From the NCBI GenBank assembly GCA_025594325.1, contig JANHCV010000004.1:1674001-1738000 (forward strand): 64,000 nt of DNA, read 5' to 3'. Under the pieces are notes generated by a model. It worked only from the letters and a program-made list of their open reading frames with translations, was not told where the DNA came from and did not search any database. The translations under genes were made by a program, and so were the position numbers. Of the stretch, positions 1 to 11,771 are shown piece after piece (position 1 is the first letter of the stretch; each line of letters starts with the position of its first letter). The DNA comes from Blastocladiella emersonii ATCC 22665. Lineage: Eukaryota > Fungi > Blastocladiomycota.

Positions 1-299
1 TTCCAGGATCAGCGAGGGCTCGCCGTGGTCTCTCAACACACACCATGCTCACCGCGACGCCGCGAGGATTGCGACGCGATGGGCTAGCGAGCTCGACCGA
101 CAGGAACAACGGCGCTTGCGAGTTCCGGTGATGGGAACGCGTGCGCGGCGGGCAGCGGGGGAGTGACATCAGCGGCGCGAACTAATGAAATGGTGGCGCA
201 GCCACGGCAAGGTAACGTCATGTCCTCGCTCTGATCTGAAACGGACCTGAAACAGCAACGCTACGGTTTGTGGACGGTCATTCACCTGTCAATGTCAAG

Positions 300-371
300 G
301 GGGCTGTAGCTCAGTGGTAGAGCGTCTGCTTTGCATGCAGAAGGCCTCGAGTTCGATCCTCGACTGCTCCA
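300..371 (+). tRNA. tRNA-Ala (anticodon TGC), intronless
   Basis: GGGGCTG...CTGCTCC-A acceptor stem with the G3:U70 alanine identity pair and one U6-U67 mismatch. D arm TAGCTCAGTGGTAGAGC. Anticodon stem TCTGC/GCAGA with loop TT-TGC-AT (TGC at 332-334). T arm GAGTTCGATCCTC. Confidence 0.97.
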
Positions 372-372
372 C

Positions 373-379
373 TTTTCTT
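373..379 (+). terminator. Pol III oligo-T terminator of tRNA-Ala
   Basis: TTTTCTT 2 nt after the discriminator base. Confidence 0.6.
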
Positions 380-663
380 GTTCGTACTTTTGCCCCTGGA
401 TCATCGCAAGCAACCGCACGGACCTGACCAACCCGGCCGGCCCGCAGGGGACCAAGACCGGCGGCTTTGACGCACCGAGCCGACGAAGACCCATGAACTT
501 TCTCCACCTCCTTTGCGGCAGATCACTTAACGCTCGACACTGATCGGCCATCGAGCGCCACTGGCGCACCGCGTAACCTCTGACGCACTGGCGCCACAGG
601 CCATCCGAGTTTCGCGGCTCACGGATCCTTGGCCACCGTGCCCCGCGACCACGGCCACGGCCA

Positions 664-669
664 TATAAA
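664..669 (+). promoter_or_regulatory. TATA box of the secreted-protein gene
   Basis: TATAAA about 65 nt upstream of ATG 731 in otherwise GC-rich sequence. Confidence 0.6.
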
Positions 670-730
670 GCCAGCGTGTCTCTCCTCCCGCAACCCTGCA
701 AACGGCTGGCCGTCCCACGCAATCATCATC

Positions 731-1603
731 ATGCGCTCGATCCTCGTCTCCGTCCTCCTCGCCATCCTGGCCGCGGCCATGGGCGTCAACGCCCGCTTCG
801 GCCAAGAGAAGCCCTCGATCCTCGACGAGGTCGGCGCGCTGTCCAAGCTGCCCGGCGTGCCCGCCGACGGCCGCTTCAACCAGCTGCAGGCTAGCCTGAT
901 CAACGCGCTCCTTGCCGCTGGACCGGCGTGCGGCGTCGCGACCGCCGCGGACGAGGTGCGCTTCACTCGACCGCTACCCATCACCCTTCGCCATCGCTGA
1001 CCCGCCCTCTCCTCCACGATCCAGATCCTCGACCGGTGCAAACAATTCGGCTGTACATCCACCGCACTCCCGCTCGCGCGCAAGCTCATGGCCCTCGAGA
1101 AGAACTTCAACCCGTTCAACGACGGCGCCGCTCCGAACCTGTGCGACGACGCGGTACTGCCCAAGTCGCCCGAGCTGCGCTGCATCGTGCCCGCCATCGA
1201 CCCCGCCGCGGGCGGCAAGGGCGGGATCTCGGCCGCCGAGTACAATGCCAAGGCCGCCGCGCGGCTGCAGGACGCGCTTGCGGGCCGCGTCACCGCCGCG
1301 GCGTGCGCGGGCAAGTCAGTCCGTCAGCTGGCGGTGGATCTTGGGCTCAGGGACTGTGTTGGTTGCGCGCAGCTCGCTGCGGGCGGGTCGACTGTCACGG
1401 CCACTGCAAGCGCGACGGCGACGGCCGCACCTGGCACCGAAACGTGTGCGCCCGCGCAGACGGTGACGCGCACGGTCACCGTGACCGTGGACGCGGCCAC
1501 GACCACGGCCGACTCGCTCAGCCCGACGGATGCGGCGTGCCCGCTGCGCAAGACGGCGACCGTGACCAAGACTGTGACCGTCGACGCTCCCGCTCGCACC
1601 TGA
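731..1603 (+). CDS. Secreted fungal protein of unknown function (RFGQE / EKNFNPF / LRxIVPxIDP family) with a Thr/Ala-rich C-terminal tail, about 267 aa
   Basis: Signal peptide MRSILVSVLLAILAAAMGVNA followed by RFGQE. Phase-0 intron 956-1024 (GTGCGC..GCTGAC..CAG) joins exon 1 in frame to the 1088-1603 ORF. GC3-rich codons. Family motifs recalled from uncharacterised fungal secreted proteins. Confidence 0.85.
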
Positions 1604-1630
1604 GCTGCCGCTGAAATACATGAGATTCAT

Positions 1631-3248
1631 TCAATGACGCCCGTGGTGGTGCTCATTGGTCTTGAGCACCTTCCCCAGCTTGCCCGCGATCGCGCGCGGA
1701 TCCCACCCGAGCCCCTTGACGCGCGCGATCCCCGGCCACCGTGCCATCCACGCCATGTCGAGCCCGCGCTCCACGAGCTTGCCGTCGCGGACGTACGCGA
1801 CCTCGACCGCGCCGCCGCCATCGTCCTTCATCTCGCGGCGGCCCGAGCCGTTGTCGTCCACGACCTGGTGCAGGAACGCGCGCGTGCGGCGGTAGAACCA
1901 CGTTGCGTCGCGCGAGAACGGGAGCGCGAGCGGGAAGATGTGGACCTGGTGCTCGTGCACGTCGTGGACCAGGACGGGCGGCGCGCCGGGGATCCGCGCG
2001 AGGTTCGCGGCGAGCAGGACGTTCGGGTCGAGCAGCAGCTCGTCGGTGCCCGTCGAGATGTAGATGGGCGGGAGCGCGGGGGCGCCGGCGCGCCCTTGGT
2101 CCACGACGGCCGAGACGAGGTGCTCGGACGCCGTCATCTCGGCGTGGTCCGCGCGCCCGCAGTACATGGACACCGGGTCGATGGTGCGGTCCGGGCCGCC
2201 CGTGTGTAGGAAGTCGTAGTCGAGGTTCTGCGTGTAGCTCGGCAGGTCCTGCGCCATGTCCGACCACGGCGAAATGAGCACCGCGCCACCCGGCTGTGCG
2301 TACCCGTGGTCGCGCAGGAACAGGAGCAGGGAGATGGCCATGTTCCCGCCCGCGCTGTCGCCCATCACCGTGATGTACTCGGGCGCGATGCCCTCGGTCT
2401 CGGTCAGGTACAGGTACGCGGCCACGGCGTCGTGCAGCGCGTCGGGGAATGCGCATTCGGGCGATAGGCGGTACTCTCTACGGGACAGGCGAGTGAGCGA
2501 ACGTGCCGTGTAAAAAGTGCAAGGGAGCGTACACGCTGAAGACGCGGCGGTCGACGGCGCGGACCAGCGGGCCGAGCAGCGGGCGGTAGCTCGCGACGGT
2601 GCAAAAGACGAACGCGCCGCCGTGAAAGTAGAGCACGACGCGTTTCGGGTCGCACGTCGGGGTCTCCGGGGTCATCCACTCGCCCGTCACCTTCCACGGC
2701 GAGGCGAGGTCGCCGCGAGGGTAGCGTGTCGGGAGCGACGAGCGGGCCACCACGGCGTCGCCGACCTTCTTGCTCTGCGACGGCGGCGCCACGACGCTCG
2801 CGGGATCCTTGCCCTCCGGCACGACCTCGAGCTTCGCGGTCCACTCGCGCGGCTCCAGCTTGATCCCGCGGAGCTGGGACATGATCACGCTCCCGCCGAG
2901 ATTGACCGCCGCCGCCATAATCGCCCGAAGCTGCGGGATCGTGATCTCCTGGCGCTCGAGGAAGCTGCGCATCGTGCGGATCACCGAGTTGACAAGGCGT
3001 GACCGGTTCGGCCGGTCGGGCGCTGCCGCGAGCGACTGTAGAAGCACGGGGAACTGCCGCATGCCGATCTTGAACACGTCGCGGACCACGTCGCGCGAGA
3101 GACCGCTCAGTGGAGACGGAGGGTCTTTGTCTGGCGGCGGCGAGCGGTTCAGGTGCAGCGGGGTTTGCGAGAACCGCCGCGCCGCGTGAGAGGCGACACG
3201 GGCGCGCGAAGCAAGTGCAGGGCGAGCAAGGCGGGTATACATGTTCAT
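1631..3248 (-). CDS. Alpha/beta hydrolase, hormone-sensitive-lipase (Abhydrolase_3) family, copy 1; possible mitochondrial presequence
   Basis: FHGGAF oxyanion motif, V(E)YRL across intron 2478-2532, GDSAGG nucleophile, DELLLD, HIFPL. Arg/Ala-rich N-terminus without acidic residues. Confidence 0.92.
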
Positions 3249-3392
3249 TCGAATGGCATTGCAGAGAGTTGTTTCAACTCGTTGTGCGGGACTGTTGGGG
3301 TTGGTAGAAAGGGAGGAGGGGAGCCGTCACGCGGGGGCGACCATCGCGTCGCGCGCACGCCGATCACTCACACAATCACTCGCTCTATTCGT

Positions 3393-4848
3393 CTAGCTGC
3401 ACAGGTCGAGATCGGGGATCAAAACCTGGTCACCGCCGATGCACGGAGACCAGCCGTTCATGCCGCCCTTGACTTTGCGGATCCCGGGCCACCGCGGAAG
3501 CCAGGCAGCCTCGAGCCCGCGGCCGTTGATGTGGCCGTTCTGGATCAGCGTCACCTGGTACCCGGGCGTGTCGTTACTGGCGGGGACAACGTGGTTGACG
3601 AAATGCGCGAACCGCTGGTGGAACACGGCCGCGCCCTTGACGTTCGGCGTCATGAACGGGAAGATGTGGACCTCGTACTCGAAAATGTCGTGAACGACGA
3701 CACTCGGCCCGCCGAACATGCGGATCAGGCAGCTGCCGTACAGGATGTGCGCGTCGAGCATCATCTCGTCGCCGCCCGACACCATGTACGTCGGCGGCAT
3801 CGTCTGGAAGTGGCTGCCCGGGTCGCAGATCGGCGACACGAGCCGCTCCGTCTTGGCCATCGCCTCGCGCTCGTCCGCCGTGCGGTGCGCGCCCAGGTAC
3901 ATGGCCACGGCGTCGAGATTCGCGCCGCCCTCGGCGTGCTTGCTGAAGCCACCGAGAATGTCGTAGACGAGGTGCTCTTTCTCGCTCGGCAAGTCGTGCG
4001 TCATGTCGACCCACGGCGAGATGAGAACTTGGGCCGCGGGCGTCGGTAGCTGCAGGTCGCGGAGGAACATGGTCAGGATGCTCGCGAGGTTCCCGCCCGC
4101 GCTGTCGCCCGCCACGACGATGTTCTCGGCGGGAATCTTCTCGACCTGGGTGAGGTACAGGAAGGCCGAGACCGCGTCGTGGAGCGCCGCGGGGAATGGG
4201 TGCTCGGGCGCAAGTCGGTATTCGCTGGAAGAACCGGCCAAGATTAGCAGGGATGCAGGAGGAAACCGTCAGATGCGAGGGATCGTACACGTTAAAGAAC
4301 CGCAGCCCGATCGCCTTGACGAGCGGCGCGAGGAACTTGCGGTACCCGGAGACGTCGTTCATAATGTACGCGCCGCCGTGGAAGAAGAGCACGACGCGCC
4401 CGTCCTTCGGTTCACCGGGTTTGAACGACTTGAGCGCCATCCACTCGCCCGACACGTCCCACACGCGCGGCGCGTCGGCGGACGCATACTTGTCGTGGAC
4501 GTATGGGTCAACGCGGACCACGGGCAGGTCGCCCGACGTCGGCGCGTCGCCAAGAGCGGCGGTCCAGCGTTTGGCCGTGTACGAAAAGCCGCGTGGCGGT
4601 GAGGCGTTGTCCTTTTGAAGCTCGCGCACGCCGTGGAGCGACAGGCCTTTGGCCGAGAGCAGAGTCTGCGCGCCACGGACGATGGCTTCCGTGGTCCGCG
4701 ACCGGTGCGGGCGATCGGAACCCTTCAACAGCCCGCCAACCGCGGCGTTCGCGACGCGTGACAGGACGCGCAGCTTGAGCTTGAGCGGGAGGCTCTCCTC
4801 GTTGCTGGACATGGAGGCGTGCTGGTGCTTCTTGCGCTGGTTCTTCAT
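3393..4848 (-). CDS. Alpha/beta hydrolase, HSL family, copy 2
   Basis: FHGGAY, intron 4225-4288 at the same phase-2 position as in copy 1, EYRLAPEHPFPAA, GDSAGGN, DEMMLD, HIFPF. Confidence 0.93.
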
Positions 4849-5543
4849 GAGGATTGCATGTAGTCTAGCATGGAGGAGACGACATGGGAGGAAGCGGGGG
4901 AGCCACGTCGTGTTTTGAAGCGCGACTGCTTGCTGATGGCGGCGGCGTCGCCGCCTTCCGTACTCGCGTTTGCGCCCTTATAACCGAATCACATCCAGGA
5001 TTATCGCGACCTTCGCCGAAAGCCATCTCCGCTTAAGCAATCCGAGTACATGGCGACGTTGACACTCCGTTAGTTTCGCACCTCGCGCTGAAAGGGCTTG
5101 GTGACTTCACGGATCGGTGCATGCTGTACTGCAGCTACTCGTTCGCATCCCGCAATCATGGATGGCGGCACATTTCCCGTGACACCGACTGATGTTAAGT
5201 GCTCACGGGTGCGTCTGGGCGTCGCGCTTCGCCTTGAAGCCGCCTTGGACAGACGGGTGGTCAACGGCAGGTGCGACGCGTCGTGTTTCAAGTTTGCGTG
5301 ACTCCGCGTCGCGTCTCGCGCCTCACGGCCGACCGATCACCCTGTCCATCAACGCTCACATCCAAGCTCGCTCCAGCGGTATTTCATGGGAGCGGCGGGA
5401 AACCGTGTCCCTCACGGCAGCTCAGGTCTGTGCGGCGGATCATGACACGAAGCCGGGAGATTACAGGAACGTGGCTCTCATTTTGGTCTTCCAAAAATCA
5501 ATCACTCGACTCGTCTCAGTCCACGACAAAAGCGACCACGGTC

Positions 5544-6024
5544 TCAACAGCCCTTGTTGAACTCGACGCAGGAGCCGTCGCGGTCATAGTCGCCGTCAAA
5601 GTACCAGTTGATGTACCCGCCGCTCCGAGCAGCTCGAGGTTGAAGGGCTTGTCGCCGTAGTAGACGTCGTACCCGATCGTGTTGCAGATCGTGTACGGGT
5701 GGCGCACCTCGATGTGCATGTGGTTGTACTTACCGCCGACGTTGTGCTTGGACGCGATGCACGCGGCCGCCGAGCGCCAGCCCTTGTCGAGCAACGCCTG
5801 GACGACCTTGGCGATGGCCTCGTCGCGCGGGCCGGGGAGCGCCGTGCCCTACCCGTTGATGTTGATCTCGCCGTTCTCGATCTTCTTGGCGAGGGTGCAG
5901 ATGCCCTCGACGACGGCGAGCATGCTCAGCATGCTTTAGGCAAGTGGTGGGGGCGGCGCGGGCGGCGCGGTGAGTCTCGGGTTCCGGCCTACGCGCGCGC
6001 GGCTGTCGTCGTCGCGCTCGACAT
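5544..6024 (-). pseudogene. Disrupted gene for a small GDGG(Y/F)INW-motif protein (resembles the Bacillus YvgO-like / fungal small-protein family)
   Basis: Continuous GC3-rich frame MLSMLAVVEGICTLAKKIENGEINING*GTALPGPRDEAIAK...TIGYDVYYGDKPFNLELL with an in-frame TAG at 5849-5851. A 1-nt deletion near 5620-5626 shifts into GGYINWYFDGDYDRDGSCVEFNKGC* (TGA 5544-5546). The putative first intron has a weak AAG acceptor. Family assignment is from memory. Confidence 0.7.
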
Positions 6025-6730
6025 GCATGGTGTGGTGTGGAGGGCGGTAGGGCGCGGTGGCGGTGGGTGCGGGCGTTAAAGGCCGGCCTTGCTTGATGCT
6101 GACGTCGCTCCTCAAGAGATGCTGAGGATCCGGGGGATCTTATACCCGCCGGGCGAGAACTCGCCTCCCCGCCGCCACACACACGACGACCACCGCGACG
6201 ATGGCCCCCCGCCGCGGCGATGCCAGCCCCCTCACACCAACTTATCCACGTCGGCGTTGCTCATCCTGTATGAGGAGACCGTCCGCTTCGATTGGAGGTG
6301 CTCGAAAGCCGGGCGTGCGCTACGCGGCGGACGCGCACCCAGTTCTAGGGCTCGCTGCCCTCGATCGACGCGGACGGGGACGCGCGTTGCTTGCCCATCG
6401 CCAGCGTTGCCGCCGCCGCATTTGCGGCCGCCATGTAACCGCAGTTTTCCAGGTGCTTGAGTCGGAGTCCCTGAGCGAACGCGGACCTTCCCTTTCCAGC
6501 ACTGCGGCACCAGCGTCAAAACTTCCAGTTTCCACCTCGATCTGGAGGAACGCGGCTCGCCAACGCGGACCCGAGGCGGCGCCATAGTGTGGGCGCGACG
6601 CGCCACACTTGCCGGGCGTCCAGCTGGCCGCTACGGCATTCCTCTACTCGTCAACGACTTGCACAGTAGGCCATCGCATCAAAAAGTCATCTATGTGTAT
6701 GCTGCTCTCGTCCGGGAACATGAGGTAGCT

Positions 6731-8192
6731 CTACTCGGCCGAATCGGGGATCAGCGAGTCCAGGGCCGCCGCAGTCGGCGCCCAGTCGAGGTCCTTGACC
6801 GCCTTGATCCCGTCCCAGCGCGCGAGCCACGCCTCCTCGGCGCCGCGCGCGATGATCTTGCCGGCCTCGAAGATGGTCGCCTGCACGCCCGCGGCGCTGG
6901 GCGCCGTCACGACGTGGTTGGCAAAGTACGCTGCGCGCTCGCGGAACCGCGCCGCGTCCGCGCTGTCGGGCGTCATGAACGGGAATACGTGCACGTTGTA
7001 CAGCGAGATGTCGTGGACGAGCACGCTGGGCGCGCCGGGGATCCGCGACAGGTTGGCGGCGAACAGGATGTTCGAGTCGAGCAGCATCTCGTCGCCGCCC
7101 GTCGCGATGAAGGTCGGCGGCAGGGCGCGCGACGCGTGGCCCACGTCGGCGATCGGGGACACGAAGCGCTCGGTCTTGACGATCGCGACCTGCTCCTCGT
7201 GCGACCGGTGCGCGCCGAGGTACATGGACACGGCGTTGAAGTCGCCGCCGCCCTCGGCCGACTTGCTGAACCCGCCGAGAATGTCGTACTCGGCGTGCTC
7301 CTTCTCGCTCGGCAGATCGTGCAGCATGTCGACCCACGGCGAGATCAGGATCTGTGCCGCCGGCATCGCGTGGCCGTGGTCGCGGAGGAACATGGTCAGG
7401 ATGTTCGCGAGGTTCCCGCCGGCGCTGTCGCCCGCGACGATGACGTTCTCGGCGGGGATCTTCTCGACCTGCGTGAGGTAGAAGAAGGCCGAAATGGCGT
7501 CGTCGAGCGCGGCGGGGAACGGGTGCTCGGGCGCCAGCCGGTACTCGCTACGTGGACGAGCAATACGTTAGTCGAGCCATCTCGGGTCGGGAGAGTGCAG
7601 AAACGTACACGCTGAAGAGACGTATTCCCATCTCCTTGACGAGCGGCGCGAGGAACGCGCGGTACCCGGCCACGTCGTTGAGGATGTACGCGCCGCCGTG
7701 GAAGAAGAGCACGACGCGCTCGTTCTTCGGGTCGGCAGCCTCGAACCCCTTGGGCGCCATCCACTCGCCCCACAGGTCCCACGACCGCGGTGCGTCCGCC
7801 GACGCGTACTTTTCGTGGACCGGCGACTCGAAGCGGACGACGGGCAGGTCGCCCGACGTCGGCGCGTCGCCGAGCGCCGCGGTCCACTCCTTTTTGTCAA
7901 AGTCGAACCCGCGCGGCATCGGCGCCATGCCGTTCTGCAGGCCGCGCGCGCGGTGGACCGTGATCCCCTTGGCCGACATCATGGCCTGCGCGCCGCGCAC
8001 GAACGCCTCGGTCTTGCGGCTCCGGTGCGGGCGGGTGGGGCCGCCGACGAGGCCGCCGATGGCCGCGCGAGCGACGCGGGACAGGACACGCAGCTTGAAG
8101 CCGAGCGGGATGTGCTCCTCGGCCGTCGGGACCGCGCGGGTCTCGGTGATGGGGATCTCCGTGGGCGTCGCCGAGTTCTCCGTTGTCGTCAT
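6731..8192 (-). CDS. Alpha/beta hydrolase, HSL family, copy 3
   Basis: FHGGAY, intron 7548-7608 at the same position as in copies 1 and 2, EYRLAPEHPFPAA, GDSAGGN, DEMLLD, HVFPF. Closely similar to copy 2 (TAALGDAPTSGDLPVVR is shared). Confidence 0.93.
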
Positions 8193-8440
8193 GTTTACAT
8201 GCAAGTCTATGCTCTTGAGGAGCTAGAGCGGCGGGCGAGGGCGCCGCCGGTTTTGAGGGGACCCGAGTCGCCCGGGTCGATGGAAACCCTTCCGCCTTAC
8301 GTGGCGCTGGCGCCGGCGCCGCCTCGGCCCGCGATTGCCGAGCCGGATATAAATGTACAGGTGGGGGCCGACCACTGGGGCCACGTATTGTGGGGCATCA
8401 TGTATGAAAATGTGGGAGTGTGATGTAGTGGGTGATGGGG

Positions 8441-9669
8441 TTACAGGTCGAGGTCGGCGTCCGGATCGTCGTCGTCAAAGTCATCCTCGAGATCCAGCTC
8501 GTAGTGGATCACACCGCTACTGACGCTCGAGCTGGAGCTAGCGGTGCCGGGCTGGTCCGAGATCTGCATCTTCATGAACGGCAACACGACGCGCTCCTTG
8601 GCCTCGCGCTGGCGGTCCGTGAGCCGGAGGTTGAACGAGAGCCCAGCGGTCGGGTCCGTCGCGTCGGACTTGGACGACGCTGCGGCAGCGACGGGCGCGG
8701 CGAGGGTGGCTGCCGCAGTCGCGGCGGTCGCTGCAGTGGCAAACGAGACGGTGCGACCCGCTGGTGGTGCTCCGTCCGCGTTGCCCTGCTCGGGGAACGG
8801 CGCGATGCAAGCACTCGGTGGCGAGCCCGCGGTCCGAAGCACGACCGATTCGCGTACAAGCTTGCCCGAGCGCAGCCGCCGGCTGTAGACGTGCACCACG
8901 ACGGCGCTCGCGTCGTTGGCCTGCGTATCAAGCCCGAGATCGTGCGCCGCACGATCCACGACGACGCGGAGCTCGCGCGTCGCCTGGTGGTAGTTGGCGA
9001 TCGTAAGCGTCGTCGGCGCAATGTACGCGAGACTCTCAGCGAGCTCGGCGCTGCTGAACGGCGCGAACCGCTCGCTGGCACCAAAAACGAGCGTGGAAGT
9101 GCCAGGCAGGATCGAGGTGACGATACCGTTGAGGTCCCGCGCAAGCGATGGTGGCGAAGGGGCCACGAGTGCGAGGGTGGCGACGTGGTCGATCACGACG
9201 AGGGTGTTTGGGTCTAGACGATGCACGCGGGTCAGCGTAGTCGATTACTTGTGGATGAGCGGGACTGTGCACCTCGGGAAACCGCCTTCTCGAGCGGCTG
9301 CGCGACCGCTGACCGGAAGAAGCTCGCGTCCGAGGTGAACGGCAGTAAAGAGCCCACGTCAATCAGCGTCAGGAGCGATGCGTCCTTGCTCGCAGCAGTT
9401 CCCTGGCCGAGAAGCTTCTGCCACGTCGCGACCGAGTGCTCGACGCAGAAGACAACGACGCGCTGCTGGCTACACATCGTTCATTGATCAGAAACATACA
9501 CGATGACCCCTTAAAGCCTCAGTATGCACCGTGCAAGGCTGGCTCGCGCAAACTCGACGACAACGGGGAGGCCCGACTGGGCGACCGAGTCAAACACAGC
9601 GACGCAGGGCGTCGCCTCCTTGCCGGCGATGAGCCGCTCCAAATGCGTTTGCTTAAATGTTGCAGTCAT
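8441..9669 (-). CDS. ELP5: Elongator complex subunit 5 (Elp5/Iki1)
   Basis: Exons joined over introns 9470-9529 and 9214-9272. N-terminal VAVFDSVAQSGLPVVVEF. Diagnostic C-terminus FNLRLTDRQREAKERVVLPF...IHYELDLEDDFDDDDPDADLDL. Confidence 0.88.
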
Positions 9670-9922
9670 TCGTTTTCATAGCACTACGCGGTCGCTTGGG
9701 AGAGGGTCGGCCGCCTCGAACGAAAACTCGAGAGACAGGCGATACAAAACACGTGAGGTGGTTTCGAATGATTCTTGACCGCTTTGTGCGCTCGACGTCT
9801 CACGCTCCCGCGCAATACCGCACTGAATGCCCATGAAACTTTTGGAATAGGCGCAACTTGCTGCATCGAATCCAGAACTACTATCTCCGTCATTATCGCG
9901 CATCTGGCTCGTTCCCGAAACC

Positions 9923-11622
9923 ATGTCGACGTACTCTGCCCGCGACACGCACAAGGCGAGCTCGCAGGCCGACTCGCGGTACCGGTACACGAGCACCGGG
10001 CCGCAGCGCAAGAACCGCATCTCGTACTTTTACGACGACGATGTGTCGACCATCCACTACGGTGTACGCGCTGCGCTCTGCGGGGTCCGCAGCACGAGCC
10101 CGTGCTGACGCTGCTGTCTGTCTCTCCCGCATCCAGAAACGGCACCCGATGAAGCCGCAGCGCATGACGCTCACGCACGAGCTCGTCTTGCACTACGGGC
10201 TGCACGAGCGCCTCGAAATGTACGAGCCGCGCATGGCGACCGAGGAGGAGCTCAAGCAGTTCCACGTCGCCGACTACATTGATTTTCTGCGCACGTACGT
10301 TTCGTTGCGCGCACCTGCTGTCTCAGTGGGGAAACCGCGCTGACCCAACTGCTGCGCGGCGCCGTAGAGTGACCCCCGACAACATCAATGCGTTCAAGGA
10401 CACGCTGAGCCGGTTCAACGTGGGCGACGACTGCCCGATCTTCCACGACCTGTACAAGTTCTGCCGCATCTCGGCGGGCGGGTCGATCGAGGCGGCGCGC
10501 CGCATCAACGTCGGGTCGTCGGACATTGCCATCAACTGGAGCGGCGGGCTGCACCACGCCAAGAAGATCGAGGCGTCCGGGTTCTGCTACGTCAACGACA
10601 TTGTGCTGGCCATCATGGAGCTGCTGCGGTGCCACGCGCGTGTGCTGTACATTGACATTGACGTGCACCACGGCGACGGCGTGCAGGACGCCTTTGCCAA
10701 GACGGACCGCGTCATGACCGTGTCGTTCCACCGGTTCGGCCCCACCAGCGACGGCGGCGAGTTCTTCCCGGGCACCGGCGCCATCGACGAGGTCGGCCAC
10801 GGCCGCGGCAAGTACTACTCGGTCAACGTGCCGCTCAAGGCCGGCATGGACGACGCGACGTACGTGGCGCTGTTCAAGGACGTGATGAACAAGGTCATGG
10901 AAGTGTACCGCCCCGGCGCGGTCGTGATCCAGTGTGGCGCCGACTCGCTCGGGTGCGACCGGCTCGGGACCTTCTGCCTGTCGATCGAGGGCCACGGGCA
11001 GTGTGTCGAGTACATGAAGACGTTCGACGTGCCGCTGATCGTCCTGGGCGGCGGCGGGTACACGGTGCGCAACGTGGCGCGGTGCTGGGCCAACGAGACG
11101 GCGCTGCTCGTCAACGCCAAGCTGCCCAACGCGATCCCGCCGCACGCCTTCCTCGACTTTTACGGGCCCGACTTCAAGCTGCACCCGCGCATCCACGACC
11201 AGCTGCGCAACGAGAACACGCCCGAGGACCTGACGCGCATCCGCGCCGCCATCTTCGAGCAGCTGCGCTACATCATCCACGCGCCCTCGGTCCAGATGCA
11301 TCACGTCCCGCCGTCCATTGACGCCATGACCGAGGACGGATGGGCCGCCCAGCGCGAACGCCAGCTCGAGCTCCAGGCCGATCTCGACGCCAAGGCGCGA
11401 CTTGGCATGCACAACGGCGGCAAGTACGCCGAGAACGACTACTACCGCGACGAGGCCGACCACGACGAGGAAGGCGGCGGCGGCGACGATTTCGCGCGGT
11501 GGGCGCGGGCACAAGCCGCCGCGGCAGCAGCGGCAGCCGGATCGTCCTCGTCGGGCGCAGGCACCTCGAGCTCAAGCGCGCCAGATGCCATGGACGTGGA
11601 CAAGGCGGCAGGAGCATCCTAG
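9923..11622 (+). CDS. HOS2: Class I histone deacetylase, Hos2/HDAC3 type
   Basis: Introns 10064-10136 and 10295-10367. HPMKPQR, AINWSGGLHHAKKIEASGFCYVND, YIDIDVHHGDGV, QCGADSLGCDRLG and GGGGY catalytic Tyr are all intact. The NWSGG/MTLTH pattern favours Hos2/HDAC3 over Rpd3. Confidence 0.95.
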
Positions 11623-11771
11623 TTTGAATTTAATTACTTCTTCACAGTTGTGTCCTGACCCTGAACAGAAGAAAACAAGGCAAGAGGTAGTACTCAGAAT
11701 GACGAGGTGTATTGAGCAGCGCGCGTCATCAAGAGCAGCGTCGTATCGTTTGAAGGGGGGAAGGGGAGACC

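Noticed and set aside
241-427. 10-bp direct repeat ACGGACCTGA flanking the tRNA (241-250 and 418-427) as an integration scar
   Set aside because: A 10-mer repeat within 200 bp is expected several times by chance in 64 kb, and no mobile element is adjacent.
1315-1372. Possible second intron (GTCAGT...CAG) in the secreted-protein gene
   Set aside because: Removing its 58 nt would frameshift the gene. The unspliced frame gives a sensible family-like sequence.
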